Of a DNA stretch of 64,000 bases, positions 33,546 through 43,378 are shown one piece after another; the first letter of the stretch is position 1; every line of letters starts with the position of its first letter. The DNA is taken from contig JBFPLN010000003.1 of NCBI GenBank assembly GCA_051971635.1, forward strand, positions 224,001-288,000, written 5' to 3'. The notes beneath the pieces are model-generated. The model saw only the letters and a list, made by a program, of their open reading frames with translations. It searched no databases and had not been told where the DNA came from. The position numbers and the translations under genes were made by a program. The DNA comes from Candidatus Atelocyanobacterium thalassae (GTDB taxonomy: Bacteria > Cyanobacteriota > Cyanobacteriia > Cyanobacteriales > Microcystaceae).

Positions 33546-34241
33546 TTATAGATATCCCTGCTTTCTTAAAAAATCTGAACTAATATCTAGGCTCATATTA
33601 GATTTTGTAGATTCTAAAGTTTTACCCAAAAATTTTTCTACATATTTCCCTAATATATCTCCTTCAATATTTACTAAATCACCAGGTTTAAGATAGTAGA
33701 GATTAGTATAGTTATAAGTATGAGGTATTACTGAGACTTTAAACCAAGCTCCTGATAGATCACATTCAGCTATAGTTAAACTAATACCATTAATAGCTAT
33801 ACTTCCTTTTGTAACCAAATATGGTTGAATAAAATTAGACCATTCTCTGACTTTTGAAGATGGAGCTGCAAACGTCATCTCCCATGCTTTGTTAGTAGAA
33901 GTATAATTTACCAATGATCCTATTCCATCTACATGACCAGTGACGAAATGACCACCTAATTTGCTACCTACACACAACGAAGACTCTAAATTGACATAAC
34001 TGGCAGTTTTTATTTTTTGAGATAAAGTGCTTCTCTGTAAAGTTTCAGGAGAAACAGTAACGACAAAACCATTTTCTGTAAAATTTTCCGCTGTTAAGCA
34101 TACACCATCTACAGCTATGCTATCTCCTATTGATAAGTTAGATAATATACTTGTAGGAGAGGGATTCAAGACTGTAAGAACAAAACGATCAGATTCAAGA
34201 GAATCAATAAAGCCAAGATTTTCAATTAAACCAGTAAACAT
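33546..34241 (-). CDS. ribE: Riboflavin synthase (alpha chain)
   Basis: N-terminal MFTG; GDSIAVDGVCLT, GGHFVTGHVDG, KGSIAINGISLT and VNIEGD. Confidence 0.96.
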   Translation of the reverse strand: MFTGLIENLGFIDSLESDRFVLTVLNPSPTSILSNLSIGDSIAVDGVCLTAENFTENGFVVTVSPETLQRSTLSQKIKTASYVNLESSLCVGSKLGGHFVTGHVDGIGSLVNYTSTNKAWEMTFAAPSSKVREWSNFIQPYLVTKGSIAINGISLTIAECDLSGAWFKVSVIPHTYNYTNLYYLKPGDLVNIEGDILGKYVEKFLGKTLESTKSNMSLDISSDFLRKQGYL

Positions 34242-34415
34242 TTCTGTAATTATTAAGAAAACTATAATTCTATCTTACATAGAAAGTTTATCTATATCTT
34301 GAGACATCTTATGAACATAACTTATTCTCATAAAGAAGTATGCGACTAGCGTCATATTTGAGAATTGATTTACATGAACTTAGTGCATTTTGAAGAATAT
34401 TTATATTAGAATATT

Positions 34416-34490
34416 AGGAGGAAAAATTAATAATTAAACTTAAAGTAACTATAATATCTTTAAACATATAAAATAATCTTGTTCTCTCAT
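34416..34490 (+). pseudogene. Putative eroded remnant of a DUF151 bifunctional nuclease gene
   Basis: Orphan AGGAGG, an 8-nt spacer, then ATA ATT AAA CTT AAA GTA ACT ATA ATA TCT TTA AAC (IIKLKVTIISLN), resembling the recalled N-terminus MIEMKVAGIALD. Confidence 0.35.
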
Positions 34491-34742
34491 CACAAAATGT
34501 ACTTAAGCACCTATTATTTATAATTTATACAAGCTAAGATTAGTTAACACATTCAAGCTATATATATAATATTAAAGCTTATTAAGTATGAATTTATAAG
34601 TTTATTACACACTTATCAAATATTTTAAAAGTACTACTAAATAAAAATACATATTTCTATTTTGTTAGTATAACTTATTGATTTCCAAAAATATTTATAG
34701 AACATAAATATATATTTATGTATGTTATTTTTATCAAGTAAT

Positions 34743-36002
34743 TTACTTTTTCTTTATTCTTTTTCCAATTACATCAGCACTTGTGTTGTAATAAATTGCT
34801 GCTTGTGAATTGTTAAAACTTAATTTTTCCTCACCTTCTAACCTATATGAGATAGTTGGTTTAACTGGCATTATACCTAATACTTTGATGATTTCTTTAG
34901 CAACAGCCCTTGCTAATAAAGGGGGTACTGAATTACCAACTTGCCGAAATCCATGCCATTTAGTCACATGAAACCTAAACCAATCAGGGTAAGAATGCAA
35001 TCTTGCAGCTTCTCTTACAGTAATACATCTGGGAGTAAAAGGGTGAATAGGGCGAGGAGATGTGTGTGAACCTCTATTAGGAGGTGTTCCAGCTCTCAGA
35101 GTATTACATAAACCTTCTGGATGTAGTTTGAAAAATTTGCTAATAGATTCTTTTTCTCCTTGAAGAGTTTTTAGAAATCTTTCAATTGATTTTTGTGTAT
35201 GATTAGTTCTTAAACTGGAAGTTAAAAGATTCCTATCATATACTCTTTGATAAGAAAAATTATCTCTTGAGTTAAGAATGCTTTGGAGATAATCATTAGG
35301 TTGACTGTAATGAATTTCAACCCAATCTTTATAATTTAATTCTGAATAATAGTTAACTTCAGGTAGATCGCTAATAGCTTGACTTACTGTCGGAGCAAAG
35401 GGGATAGCTGAATTTAAATTTTCCCCATAATTTGTTAAAAATTGCGGATAATTAGGGAGAGGTAAATTTGATTTTGCTCCTAAAAGAAAAAGCCTCTTTC
35501 TTATTTGTGGAACTCCATAGTTAGCAGAATTTAAAATCTTATATTTTGTCTGTATCTGATAATTATTAATAGTAAATTTATTAAATATTTTTTCTAAAAA
35601 TATTTGATTATTTTTTGCAGTCATACCAGGAACATTCTCAATTACAAAGTATTTAGGCTGTAATTCTATTACTAAGCGAATAAAGTGCTCAATTAAATTA
35701 TTTCGATTATCTCTTGGATTTCGTTTGCCCATAGATGAAAAACCTTGACAAGGAGGACCACCAAAAACAACATCAATCTCCTGATTCTTAATTTGAGATA
35801 AACTTTTAATTGTTTTGGCATTAATTTTAGAAATATCAGAACATATGGTTGTCCAAAAAGGAAAGTTATATTCATGAACAGCACAGTGAATAGGATCAAT
35901 TTCTATAGCTCCTAAGACATCAAATCCAGCTTGTTCAAAACCAAGTGTCATTCCTCCTACACCGGCGAATAAATCAATAGCAATAGGACGTTTCTGATTC
36001 AT
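34743..36002 (-). CDS. Orphan C5-cytosine DNA methyltransferase, resembling the CGATCG-specific M.Ssp6803I/Slr0214 type
   Basis: Motifs DLFAGVGG, GGPPCQGFS, ENV, QIRKR, TLRAGT, TVREAARL and RQVGNSVPP; no adjacent restriction gene. Confidence 0.9.
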   Translation of the reverse strand: MNQKRPIAIDLFAGVGGMTLGFEQAGFDVLGAIEIDPIHCAVHEYNFPFWTTICSDISKINAKTIKSLSQIKNQEIDVVFGGPPCQGFSSMGKRNPRDNRNNLIEHFIRLVIELQPKYFVIENVPGMTAKNNQIFLEKIFNKFTINNYQIQTKYKILNSANYGVPQIRKRLFLLGAKSNLPLPNYPQFLTNYGENLNSAIPFAPTVSQAISDLPEVNYYSELNYKDWVEIHYSQPNDYLQSILNSRDNFSYQRVYDRNLLTSSLRTNHTQKSIERFLKTLQGEKESISKFFKLHPEGLCNTLRAGTPPNRGSHTSPRPIHPFTPRCITVREAARLHSYPDWFRFHVTKWHGFRQVGNSVPPLLARAVAKEIIKVLGIMPVKPTISYRLEGEEKLSFNNSQAAIYYNTSADVIGKRIKKK

Positions 36003-36148
36003 ATAACTATTCTGATAGTATAAAAAAATTAATATCGATTGTAAAACTTATTAATCTATTAAGGTCTTTTGGTAAGCTTGTACTTTAACAGAGTAACAAA
36101 AAAACTTTTGAGGGATATATTTTAATAAATAATCTATTCATTTTTTGA

Positions 36149-37402
36149 TCAGTTATTTTTTTTTCTTAAAAGTTTAATTGCTTCTTGATACTGTAAATCT
36201 TTTATTGTAGCGATTTCATCATAGTTAAGCTGCTTTTGTACAATAACTTTATTTGGTTGAATACCTAATTTATGGATATTTTTATGATTGGGAGTCTCGT
36301 ATCTAGCTACAGTAATGGCTAAGCTAGAATTATCAGATAGTTCAAATAAAGACTGAATCAGACCTTTTCCAAAAGTTGTCTCACCCAATAATGTTGCTCT
36401 TTTATTGTCTTGCAAAGCTCCTGCTAAAATTTCACTGGAACTTGCAGTACCTTTGTTAACCAATAAAACCAATGGGGCATTTGTTAATGGTGTTCCAAAA
36501 GAACTAAAACTATCTTGAACACCTTGACGATTAATAGTGTAGACTATGGTCCCTTTACTCATCCATAAACGAGCGATGTCAATACCACTTTGTAAGAGTC
36601 CTCCTGGGTTATCTCTTAGATCCAAAATATAAGATTTTACGCCCTTTTCTTCAAGTTCCTCGATGGCTTGTTTCATTTCTCTAACAGCATTTGCACTGAA
36701 TTTATCTAAGCGAATATAACCAACAAGGAAATTAGGTAAAGTTCTATCTATACTAACCACCAATGGACTTAAAGATATATGTTTACGAATGATTTTATTT
36801 TGATATGTTTTTTTATCTTGAGAAGAGAAAATAGTTAAGTTAATTTCTGTACCGGTTGGTCCACGCATTTTTTCAGCAGCTTGATCTAGAGTCAAATCAG
36901 TAGTGCTAACACCATCAATTTCTAAGATCAAATCATGTGCCTTAATACCAGCTAACTGTGCAGGAGAGTTTTTAAGAGAAGAAAGAATTTCTAAGTCTCT
37001 GGTTTTAGGATTAATTTGAACTTGTAATCCTACCCCTAATAATTCTCCTGAAGTCTCAATTTGAAGATTATGGTATTGTTCTGGTCTTAAGAAACGAGTA
37101 AAAGGCTCATCAAGTGTCGTTAACATTTCATTAATTGCTTGATAAGTATCTTCCCGTGTATTTAAAGAATTTTTTAGTAAATCTTGCCTTACTAAATACC
37201 AGTTTTGATTATTAAATGTATCATCTAGATAAGATGTATTTAGTAAATTCCAGGATTCCAACAATAGTCTTTGATTTTTACTAAAGGCATGGGCATTAGA
37301 AGTTAGAATACAGTAGCTATAAATAATTAAAGTAATAAAAAAAAATATAAATCTAGAAAATTTCCCTTTCATAAAATCAGTCAAAATAATATTTTTAAAC
37401 AT
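36149..37402 (-). CDS. ctpA: C-terminal processing protease, CtpA (D1-processing) type
   Basis: S41 motifs LDLRDNPGG, GTASSSEI (Ser) and TFGKGLIQ (Lys); PDZ GVGL; N-terminus SYLDDTFNNQNW typical of CtpA. Confidence 0.85.
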   Translation of the reverse strand: MFKNIILTDFMKGKFSRFIFFFITLIIYSYCILTSNAHAFSKNQRLLLESWNLLNTSYLDDTFNNQNWYLVRQDLLKNSLNTREDTYQAINEMLTTLDEPFTRFLRPEQYHNLQIETSGELLGVGLQVQINPKTRDLEILSSLKNSPAQLAGIKAHDLILEIDGVSTTDLTLDQAAEKMRGPTGTEINLTIFSSQDKKTYQNKIIRKHISLSPLVVSIDRTLPNFLVGYIRLDKFSANAVREMKQAIEELEEKGVKSYILDLRDNPGGLLQSGIDIARLWMSKGTIVYTINRQGVQDSFSSFGTPLTNAPLVLLVNKGTASSSEILAGALQDNKRATLLGETTFGKGLIQSLFELSDNSSLAITVARYETPNHKNIHKLGIQPNKVIVQKQLNYDEIATIKDLQYQEAIKLLRKKNN

Positions 37403-37856
37403 AGAGAATATATTCTAACTTGGCCAAAAAGTATTATGGTAAAAATCTCTATAGCGACAGTATCATATTGACAAATATTGCTTAAAATCATTACTGTAAT
37501 TGTTTATTTACAAGGTCTATAAAAATTTGGCATAAATGACAATATTTATACTCAAATTTATATGTAGTATATGTCTATTGTAAGAATTTAATTACGATCA
37601 TTGCTAATCTATGTAGCAACTAAAATATTCTTTAATTTCACATATATCTCAGAGGATATAGTTTCATGTGTATTGTATGCAGTAGCTTAATAAAATAAGT
37701 CTTATCATAGTCATACTGCATTTTTACAGTTTCAAATAAAAACTCTATAATTTCATCAACTGGGCTCATAAATTACATTAATGAAAATAAATTTTCTTTT
37801 GTAGAATATGGTAGATATAATAAGATCTATAAATTTTGGAGAGAAGTAATTAGAAA

Positions 37857-38762
37857 GTGTCAATTAATTTTCAGAACATTATTACAAATTTAAATAACTT
37901 TTGGAGTAGTTATGGTTGCATTATTTTGCAACCTTATGACATTGAGAAAGGCGCAGGAACTATGAATCCTAGTACATTTCTTAGGACTATTGGCCCAGAA
38001 CCTTGGTCAGTAGCATATGTAGAACCTTGCCGTCGTCCAACTGATGGTCGCTATGGCAAGAATCCTAATCGTTTTCAATATTATTTTCAGTATCAAGTAT
38101 TGATTAAACCATCTTTAGACAATATTCAAGAAATCTATTTAGAGTCCCTTAAAGCGTTAGGGATTAAACCTCAAGATCATGATATTCGTTTTGTAGAAGA
38201 TAATTGGGAATCGCCTACACTAGGTGCCTGGGGCGTAGGCTGGGAAGTATGGTTTGACGGAATGGAGGTTACTCAATTTACTTATTTTCAGCAATGTGGA
38301 GGAAAAGATTGTTTTCCAACTCCTATAGAAATAACTTATGGATTAGAAAGATTGGCAATGTATTTACAAAAAGTAGAAGTAATTACAGATATTAAATGGA
38401 ATGAGAATATTAATTATGGAGATATCTTTTTACAGAGTGAAATAGAGCATTGCATATATAATTTTGAGGTATCTAATTCTGATTTATTATTCCAATTATT
38501 TAACCTATATGAAAAAGAGGCCGAGGCATTAATTGCTCAGAAATTAGTTTCTCCTAGTTTAGACTATGTCCTAAAATGCTCCCATTCATTCAATTTATTA
38601 GATGCTCGAGGCGTAATTGCAGTAGCAGAAAGAACTACTTATATAGGTCGTATTCGTTCTTTGGCTAAAGAAATTGCTAGCTTATACTTGGAACAGAGAA
38701 AAAACCTTGATTTTCCTTTGCTAAATAAAGATATTAGCTATTCTCAATCTGATGCTAATTAA
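37857..38762 (+). CDS. glyQ: Glycine-tRNA ligase alpha subunit
   Basis: Motifs [34 protein letters not shown] and EITYGLERL. Confidence 0.98.
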   Translation: MSINFQNIITNLNNFWSSYGCIILQPYDIEKGAGTMNPSTFLRTIGPEPWSVAYVEPCRRPTDGRYGKNPNRFQYYFQYQVLIKPSLDNIQEIYLESLKALGIKPQDHDIRFVEDNWESPTLGAWGVGWEVWFDGMEVTQFTYFQQCGGKDCFPTPIEITYGLERLAMYLQKVEVITDIKWNENINYGDIFLQSEIEHCIYNFEVSNSDLLFQLFNLYEKEAEALIAQKLVSPSLDYVLKCSHSFNLLDARGVIAVAERTTYIGRIRSLAKEIASLYLEQRKNLDFPLLNKDISYSQSDAN

Positions 38763-38975
38763 TAAAATTGATTTCTTGTTACAATAATTATCTACTCCAT
38801 TGCATACGCATAACATATTTATATTAGCTAATTTGCAAATCGTAATTATCTTTATTCTTTGTTAAAATTTAAACAATAAAGTACTCACAGTTAATAACTT
38901 GTATGTAAACGGTATCTCAAAGTTTAAATAAATTAGTAACAGCGATTTTCAAAAATTAAAAATATTTCTGAATAA

Positions 38976-39614
38976 TTATTTTCCTCTAATTGTAGGGTAA
39001 ATGGAAAGTTTCACAACTTTGGCTAATCCATTCTTTTGTTCTACTTTTTTCAAGTTTTTAATCTTAGTTTCTAATTCTTTTACGACACTAGAATACTCCC
39101 AAGTTTTACGCTGATTAGTTAAAATGGTGATACTTTTATAAGTTAAATTTGTTCCATTTCTTTGTTTATAATTACTTACATAATTTGTAATATCTTTTTT
39201 TAAAATTTCTTTTTCTCCTTCTAATTTCTCTATCAAACTACATATTTCTAAATATCTATCAATTTGTTGTTGAAATGATAAAGATAAAGAGTTGAGTACT
39301 TTTTCAGTATTTATTTGATTTTCATCTTGGTTCCAGCAAGGTGTATAAAAAATAAGATATTCTGCTTCTATATCTTCTATGTCTGTCTGTCTACAAGGTA
39401 AGTAATGAATCTTGTAGATATTTTTTTGGTACAAAATTGATAAGTCATAGTCTAATAAATATTGCCTAAGATTTGTGGATTTGCCAATGTAGTGTACATA
39501 TCCAGAGTCATTAGCTAGTACATAAATGCCTGTTTCTTCTGGTAAATTAAACAAACTATCTAAGTTAACTGTTTTTAAATCTTCTAATAAGGGTAGATTT
39601 GGTAAGTTAGACAT
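38976..39614 (-). CDS. GIY-YIG domain protein with C-terminal coiled coil
   Basis: GIYVL...HYIGKSTNL, conserved Glu (IEAEY) and PCWN; start at ATG 39614. Confidence 0.75.
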   Translation of the reverse strand: MSNLPNLPLLEDLKTVNLDSLFNLPEETGIYVLANDSGYVHYIGKSTNLRQYLLDYDLSILYQKNIYKIHYLPCRQTDIEDIEAEYLIFYTPCWNQDENQINTEKVLNSLSLSFQQQIDRYLEICSLIEKLEGEKEILKKDITNYVSNYKQRNGTNLTYKSITILTNQRKTWEYSSVVKELETKIKNLKKVEQKNGLAKVVKLSIYPTIRGK

Positions 39615-39699
39615 AAAAAATTCTCCAGCTTTCTTACGAAAGATAAAGTACAATTTAGAAAAATAATCATTAATATTAATAATACGATAATAAGAAATT

Positions 39700-41142
39700 A
39701 TGTTTGATGTTCTTACTGATCGCTTAGAAGAGGCTTGGAAAAAACTACGTGGTCAAGATGCAATAAATCATACAAATATACAAGAAACTTTAAAAGAAGT
39801 TAGAAGAGCACTGTTAGAAGCAGATGTAAATTTACAAGTAGTCAAAAATTTTATTATAGATGTTGAAAAATCTGCAATTGGTACAAAAGTTATAGGAGGA
39901 GTCAATCCTGGTCAACAATTTATAAAAGTTGTTTATGAGGAATTAGTAAAAGTTATGGGAGAAAGTAATTCTCCTCTAGCAAAAGCAAAAAATAATCCTA
40001 CAGTTATTTTAATGGTTGGCTTGCAAGGAACTGGTAAAACAACCGCAACAGCAAAACTTGCTCATTATCTTAAAAAACAAACCCAAAGTTGTTTAATGGT
40101 TGCTGCAGATATATATCGTCCTGCAGCTATTGATCAATTAAAAACACTAGGAAAACAGATTGAGATCCCGGTTTTTGAGCTAGGTAATCAAGAAAATCCC
40201 GTTAATATTGCGATCCAAGGTGTTAGCCGCGCAAAAGAAATGGAAGTTGATGTAGTCATTGTTGATACAGCAGGACGCCTGCAAGTTGACCCAGAAATGA
40301 TGCTGGAATTAACTCAAATAAAAGAAAGTATTAATCCGGATGAAACTTTGCTAGTCGTGGATGCCATGACAGGACAAGAAGCTGCTAATCTTGCTCAAGT
40401 TTTTCATGAGCAAGTTAAAGTAACGGGAACAATATTAACCAAAATGGATGGAGATACCAGGGGTGGGGCAGCTTTATCAGTTAGACAAGTTTCAGGACAG
40501 CCTATTAAATTTGTTGGTATTGGTGAAAAAATAGATGCCTTGCAACCTTTTTATCCTGAGAGAATGGCCTCTAGGATATTAAATATGGGTGACATCCTTA
40601 CACTGGTAGAGAAAGCTCAGGAAGAGATTGATCTTTCTGATATGGAACAACTACAATCTAAAATTCTAGATGCAAAATTTGATTTTAATGATTTCCTTAA
40701 ACAAACACGTTTAATGAAAAGCATGGGATCATTTAGTAGTATTTTAAAAATGGTTCCAGGGCTAAATAAAATTAACACAAAAGATATTGAAAAAGGAGAA
40801 AATGAACTAAAACGGACTGAAGCTATGATTGGCTCTATGACGCTAGAAGAACGTAAAAATCCAGATTTATTGGCAAAGTCTCCAAATCGTAGAAAGCGTA
40901 TTGCTAGAGGTTCAGGACATTCTGAAATTGAAATTAGTAAACTAATCAAAAACTTTACTCGAATGCGTGCAATGATGCAGCAATTAGGTAAAGGTGGAAT
41001 GCCAGGCATGGGAAGTGGAATGCCAGGAATGGGAGAATTGTTTGGTCAAAAAATATCTGCTGGATTGCAAGATTATCAGAAAGGAAGCCAAAAGAAAAAA
41101 ACAAAAAAAATAAAAAAGAAAAAGGGTTTTGGAGATCTATAA
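39700..41142 (+). CDS. ffh: Signal recognition particle protein
   Basis: Motifs GLQGTGKTT, DTAGR, TKMDGD and RRKRIARGSG. Confidence 0.98.
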   Translation: MFDVLTDRLEEAWKKLRGQDAINHTNIQETLKEVRRALLEADVNLQVVKNFIIDVEKSAIGTKVIGGVNPGQQFIKVVYEELVKVMGESNSPLAKAKNNPTVILMVGLQGTGKTTATAKLAHYLKKQTQSCLMVAADIYRPAAIDQLKTLGKQIEIPVFELGNQENPVNIAIQGVSRAKEMEVDVVIVDTAGRLQVDPEMMLELTQIKESINPDETLLVVDAMTGQEAANLAQVFHEQVKVTGTILTKMDGDTRGGAALSVRQVSGQPIKFVGIGEKIDALQPFYPERMASRILNMGDILTLVEKAQEEIDLSDMEQLQSKILDAKFDFNDFLKQTRLMKSMGSFSSILKMVPGLNKINTKDIEKGENELKRTEAMIGSMTLEERKNPDLLAKSPNRRKRIARGSGHSEIEISKLIKNFTRMRAMMQQLGKGGMPGMGSGMPGMGELFGQKISAGLQDYQKGSQKKKTKKIKKKKGFGDL

Positions 41143-41244
41143 AATTCTAACTACTTAACTTCTCATAACAATAATTTTGTCTAGCACAGAGAACTCCACT
41201 AAATATAAAAAGTATCCGGTGAATTAGATAAATTTATCTCACTA

Positions 41245-42120
41245 TTAAAATTTATGTGTTATGAAAATTCCTAACATTTTTTCACCTAAAATTTCTGGCT
41301 GTTCTATCATGGACATATGTCCACAATTTGGAAGATCAATAACGTTTTTACCCTGAAAGTTAAAAAGCTTATGAAAACTAGCTAAATATCTCACATATTG
41401 AGGTTCAATTAAAGTATCTTGTCCTCCAGCAAAAAAATATACTGGTTGTGTCAAACGTGCGACAATTTGTGGTAGGGTATGGACCTCTGCTTCAGTTGTT
41501 GAATTTAATAAAGAGCCCAGTGCAGCTATTGGATCGGCTCTCATTAAATCTATTACCCTTTGTTTCCCCCATCTTCTGGCTACAGGGCTTGTTATCATTA
41601 TTTTTGAGAAAAGAATATCAACTAACAGAACATTTAATAATGAAGATAGTTTATATTTAACCAACTGTTTTTCAACAAGACGAAATCTTTCAAATTCTTC
41701 TTTAAGATATATTCCACCACCAACATTTAAACAAACTACTCCTTGAATTTTTTCTGGACAGAGCTCAGCTCCCCATAAAGCAATACTTGCTCCAAGAGAG
41801 TGACCTATGAGCCAACTTCTATGAATTTTTAATTTTTCTAATAGAACGATCAAATCCTTTGCATAAGTCTCTAAAGCATAAGAGGAAGATATTTGTAGAT
41901 TTTGAGATGAGAAATTATTTATAGGTTGAGAATCTCCAAATCCTCTAAGATCATAAATAAGGCAAGAATACTTTCTAGAAAGTCTTTTAATGAGAGGAGA
42001 CCAGTATTGGCGACTTAACAACCAACCATGAACGAAAATTAGAACAGGTGCAGATGAATTAACTGGAGACGAAGTTAACTCATAAGTGTGAGAAACTCCT
42101 AAAATATTTATAGTTGGCAT
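41245..42120 (-). CDS. Alpha/beta hydrolase
   Basis: Motifs VHGW, YDLRGFGDS, GHSLG and CGHMSM. Confidence 0.88.
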   Translation of the reverse strand: MPTINILGVSHTYELTSSPVNSSAPVLIFVHGWLLSRQYWSPLIKRLSRKYSCLIYDLRGFGDSQPINNFSSQNLQISSSYALETYAKDLIVLLEKLKIHRSWLIGHSLGASIALWGAELCPEKIQGVVCLNVGGGIYLKEEFERFRLVEKQLVKYKLSSLLNVLLVDILFSKIMITSPVARRWGKQRVIDLMRADPIAALGSLLNSTTEAEVHTLPQIVARLTQPVYFFAGGQDTLIEPQYVRYLASFHKLFNFQGKNVIDLPNCGHMSMIEQPEILGEKMLGIFITHKF

Positions 42121-42217
42121 ATTGTGTCTTACCTCATGGGAAAGTCATGATGACATTATTAGTTAAAACCATTTGATGCCAATAGTCTTATCTAATTGTA
42201 ATTTATATGGAGTTCTG

Positions 42218-42478
42218 ATGCTTAACTTTATCTCTACAGATTTTAAATCTATAAGCACAAAAATATTAGTCGTTTCTATTAAAAGTTATAAAAAATACAT
42301 TTCTCCATTTTTACCTTCTAGTTGTCGGTTTCAACCAACATGTTCAGAATATATGCTAGAGGCTGTACAAAGATTTGGACCTTTCCATGGTACTTTATTA
42401 GGAGTTAAAAGGATTCTTCGATGCAATCCTTTTAGTACTTCAAAGTATGATCCCGTACCGTCTAAAATAACAAAGTGA
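42218..42478 (+). CDS. yidD: Membrane protein insertion efficiency factor YidD
   Basis: Motifs ISPFLPSSCRFQPTCSEY, RILRCNPF and YDPVP. Confidence 0.93.
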   Translation: MLNFISTDFKSISTKILVVSIKSYKKYISPFLPSSCRFQPTCSEYMLEAVQRFGPFHGTLLGVKRILRCNPFSTSKYDPVPSKITK

Positions 42479-42700
42479 TTATAAATAAAGTGAATTTTAT
42501 TTACTATCTTAATAAGTATTTAAAAACTTAAATAAAAAGATGGCACATCATATTGTCTCTTTGGGTTGCAGTATAAAAAATAGTAAATATTTTCTTTAAT
42601 TTTTAGTATCAAAATTATTTTTTATTTAAAACTAGTTAAACGTCTACGAAACTGTTTTTAAGCAATGCTGCAAATATTGACATCATGTATTTTCTTAGCG

Positions 42701-42749
42701 AAATTATCGAAAGTACCTTATCTTGCAGATAAGGTACTTTCGATAATTT
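42701..42749. terminator. Perfect 23-bp-arm inverted repeat between convergent yidD and pgsA
   Basis: aaattatcgaaagtaccttatct-tgc-agataaggtactttcgataattt. Confidence 0.85.
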
Positions 42750-42792
42750 TGTCATATATAGTTTTAAGATTTCGTTTTCATAAAATAGAAAA

Positions 42793-43338
42793 TTACATAT
42801 TTTTGGGGTTACCTTTTTTTAACTTAATATCAGGAATAATGTAAATTAATCCTGATATTAATGTTAAAACTACAGATAACCAAAATAATATATTGGTGAA
42901 ACCATCCCAGTTTTGAGGAAGAGGTGCAATAATAAAAGCAATGGCTATGATTTGACTAACTGTCTTAGTCTTACCCCAAATCCTAGCTTCTTTGGGGCCT
43001 CTACTATTTTTAATACTATTAATTCGATAATAAGTTATTGCTATCTCTCTCAAGGTAATTAGAGCTACCCCAAATACAGAAAGTTGTTGTGTTATTACTA
43101 AACCTGACAGAGTCAAGATGATGAAAATTTTATCTATCAAGGGATCAAGAAATTTACCTAATTCCGTAACTTGATTCATTTTTCTAGCTAAATATCCATC
43201 TATCCAATCTGTAGAAGCTATTATAAGAAAAGTTATTAGACTAATCCAACGACTAAAAAGAATAGGTGTAATCAAAAAATAAAAGAGAAAAAAAACTCCT
43301 ATTAAACGGCTTATAGTGATCCAATTAGGAATATTCAT
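42793..43338 (-). CDS. pgsA: CDP-diacylglycerol--glycerol-3-phosphate 3-phosphatidyltransferase
   Basis: Motifs MNIPNWITISR and TDWIDGYLAR...GKFLDPLIDK. Confidence 0.95.
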   Translation of the reverse strand: MNIPNWITISRLIGVFFLFYFLITPILFSRWISLITFLIIASTDWIDGYLARKMNQVTELGKFLDPLIDKIFIILTLSGLVITQQLSVFGVALITLREIAITYYRINSIKNSRGPKEARIWGKTKTVSQIIAIAFIIAPLPQNWDGFTNILFWLSVVLTLISGLIYIIPDIKLKKGNPKNM

Positions 43339-43378
43339 TAATAACTTCTTAGAAATACAATATAATTTACTATTTTTA

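Noticed and set aside
38803..38829. dif-like sequence catacgcataa-catat-ttatattagct
   Set aside because: The central spacer is 5 bp rather than 6 and the XerD-side arm matches poorly; likely chance in AT-rich DNA.
34743..39614. Methyltransferase and GIY-YIG protein as a restriction-modification pair
   Set aside because: They are separated by ctpA and glyQ, and the methylase resembles the widespread orphan type.
40993..41035. Short tandem repeat ggaatgccagg(c/a)atggga in ffh
   Set aside because: It encodes the ordinary GMPGMG low-complexity tail of Ffh.
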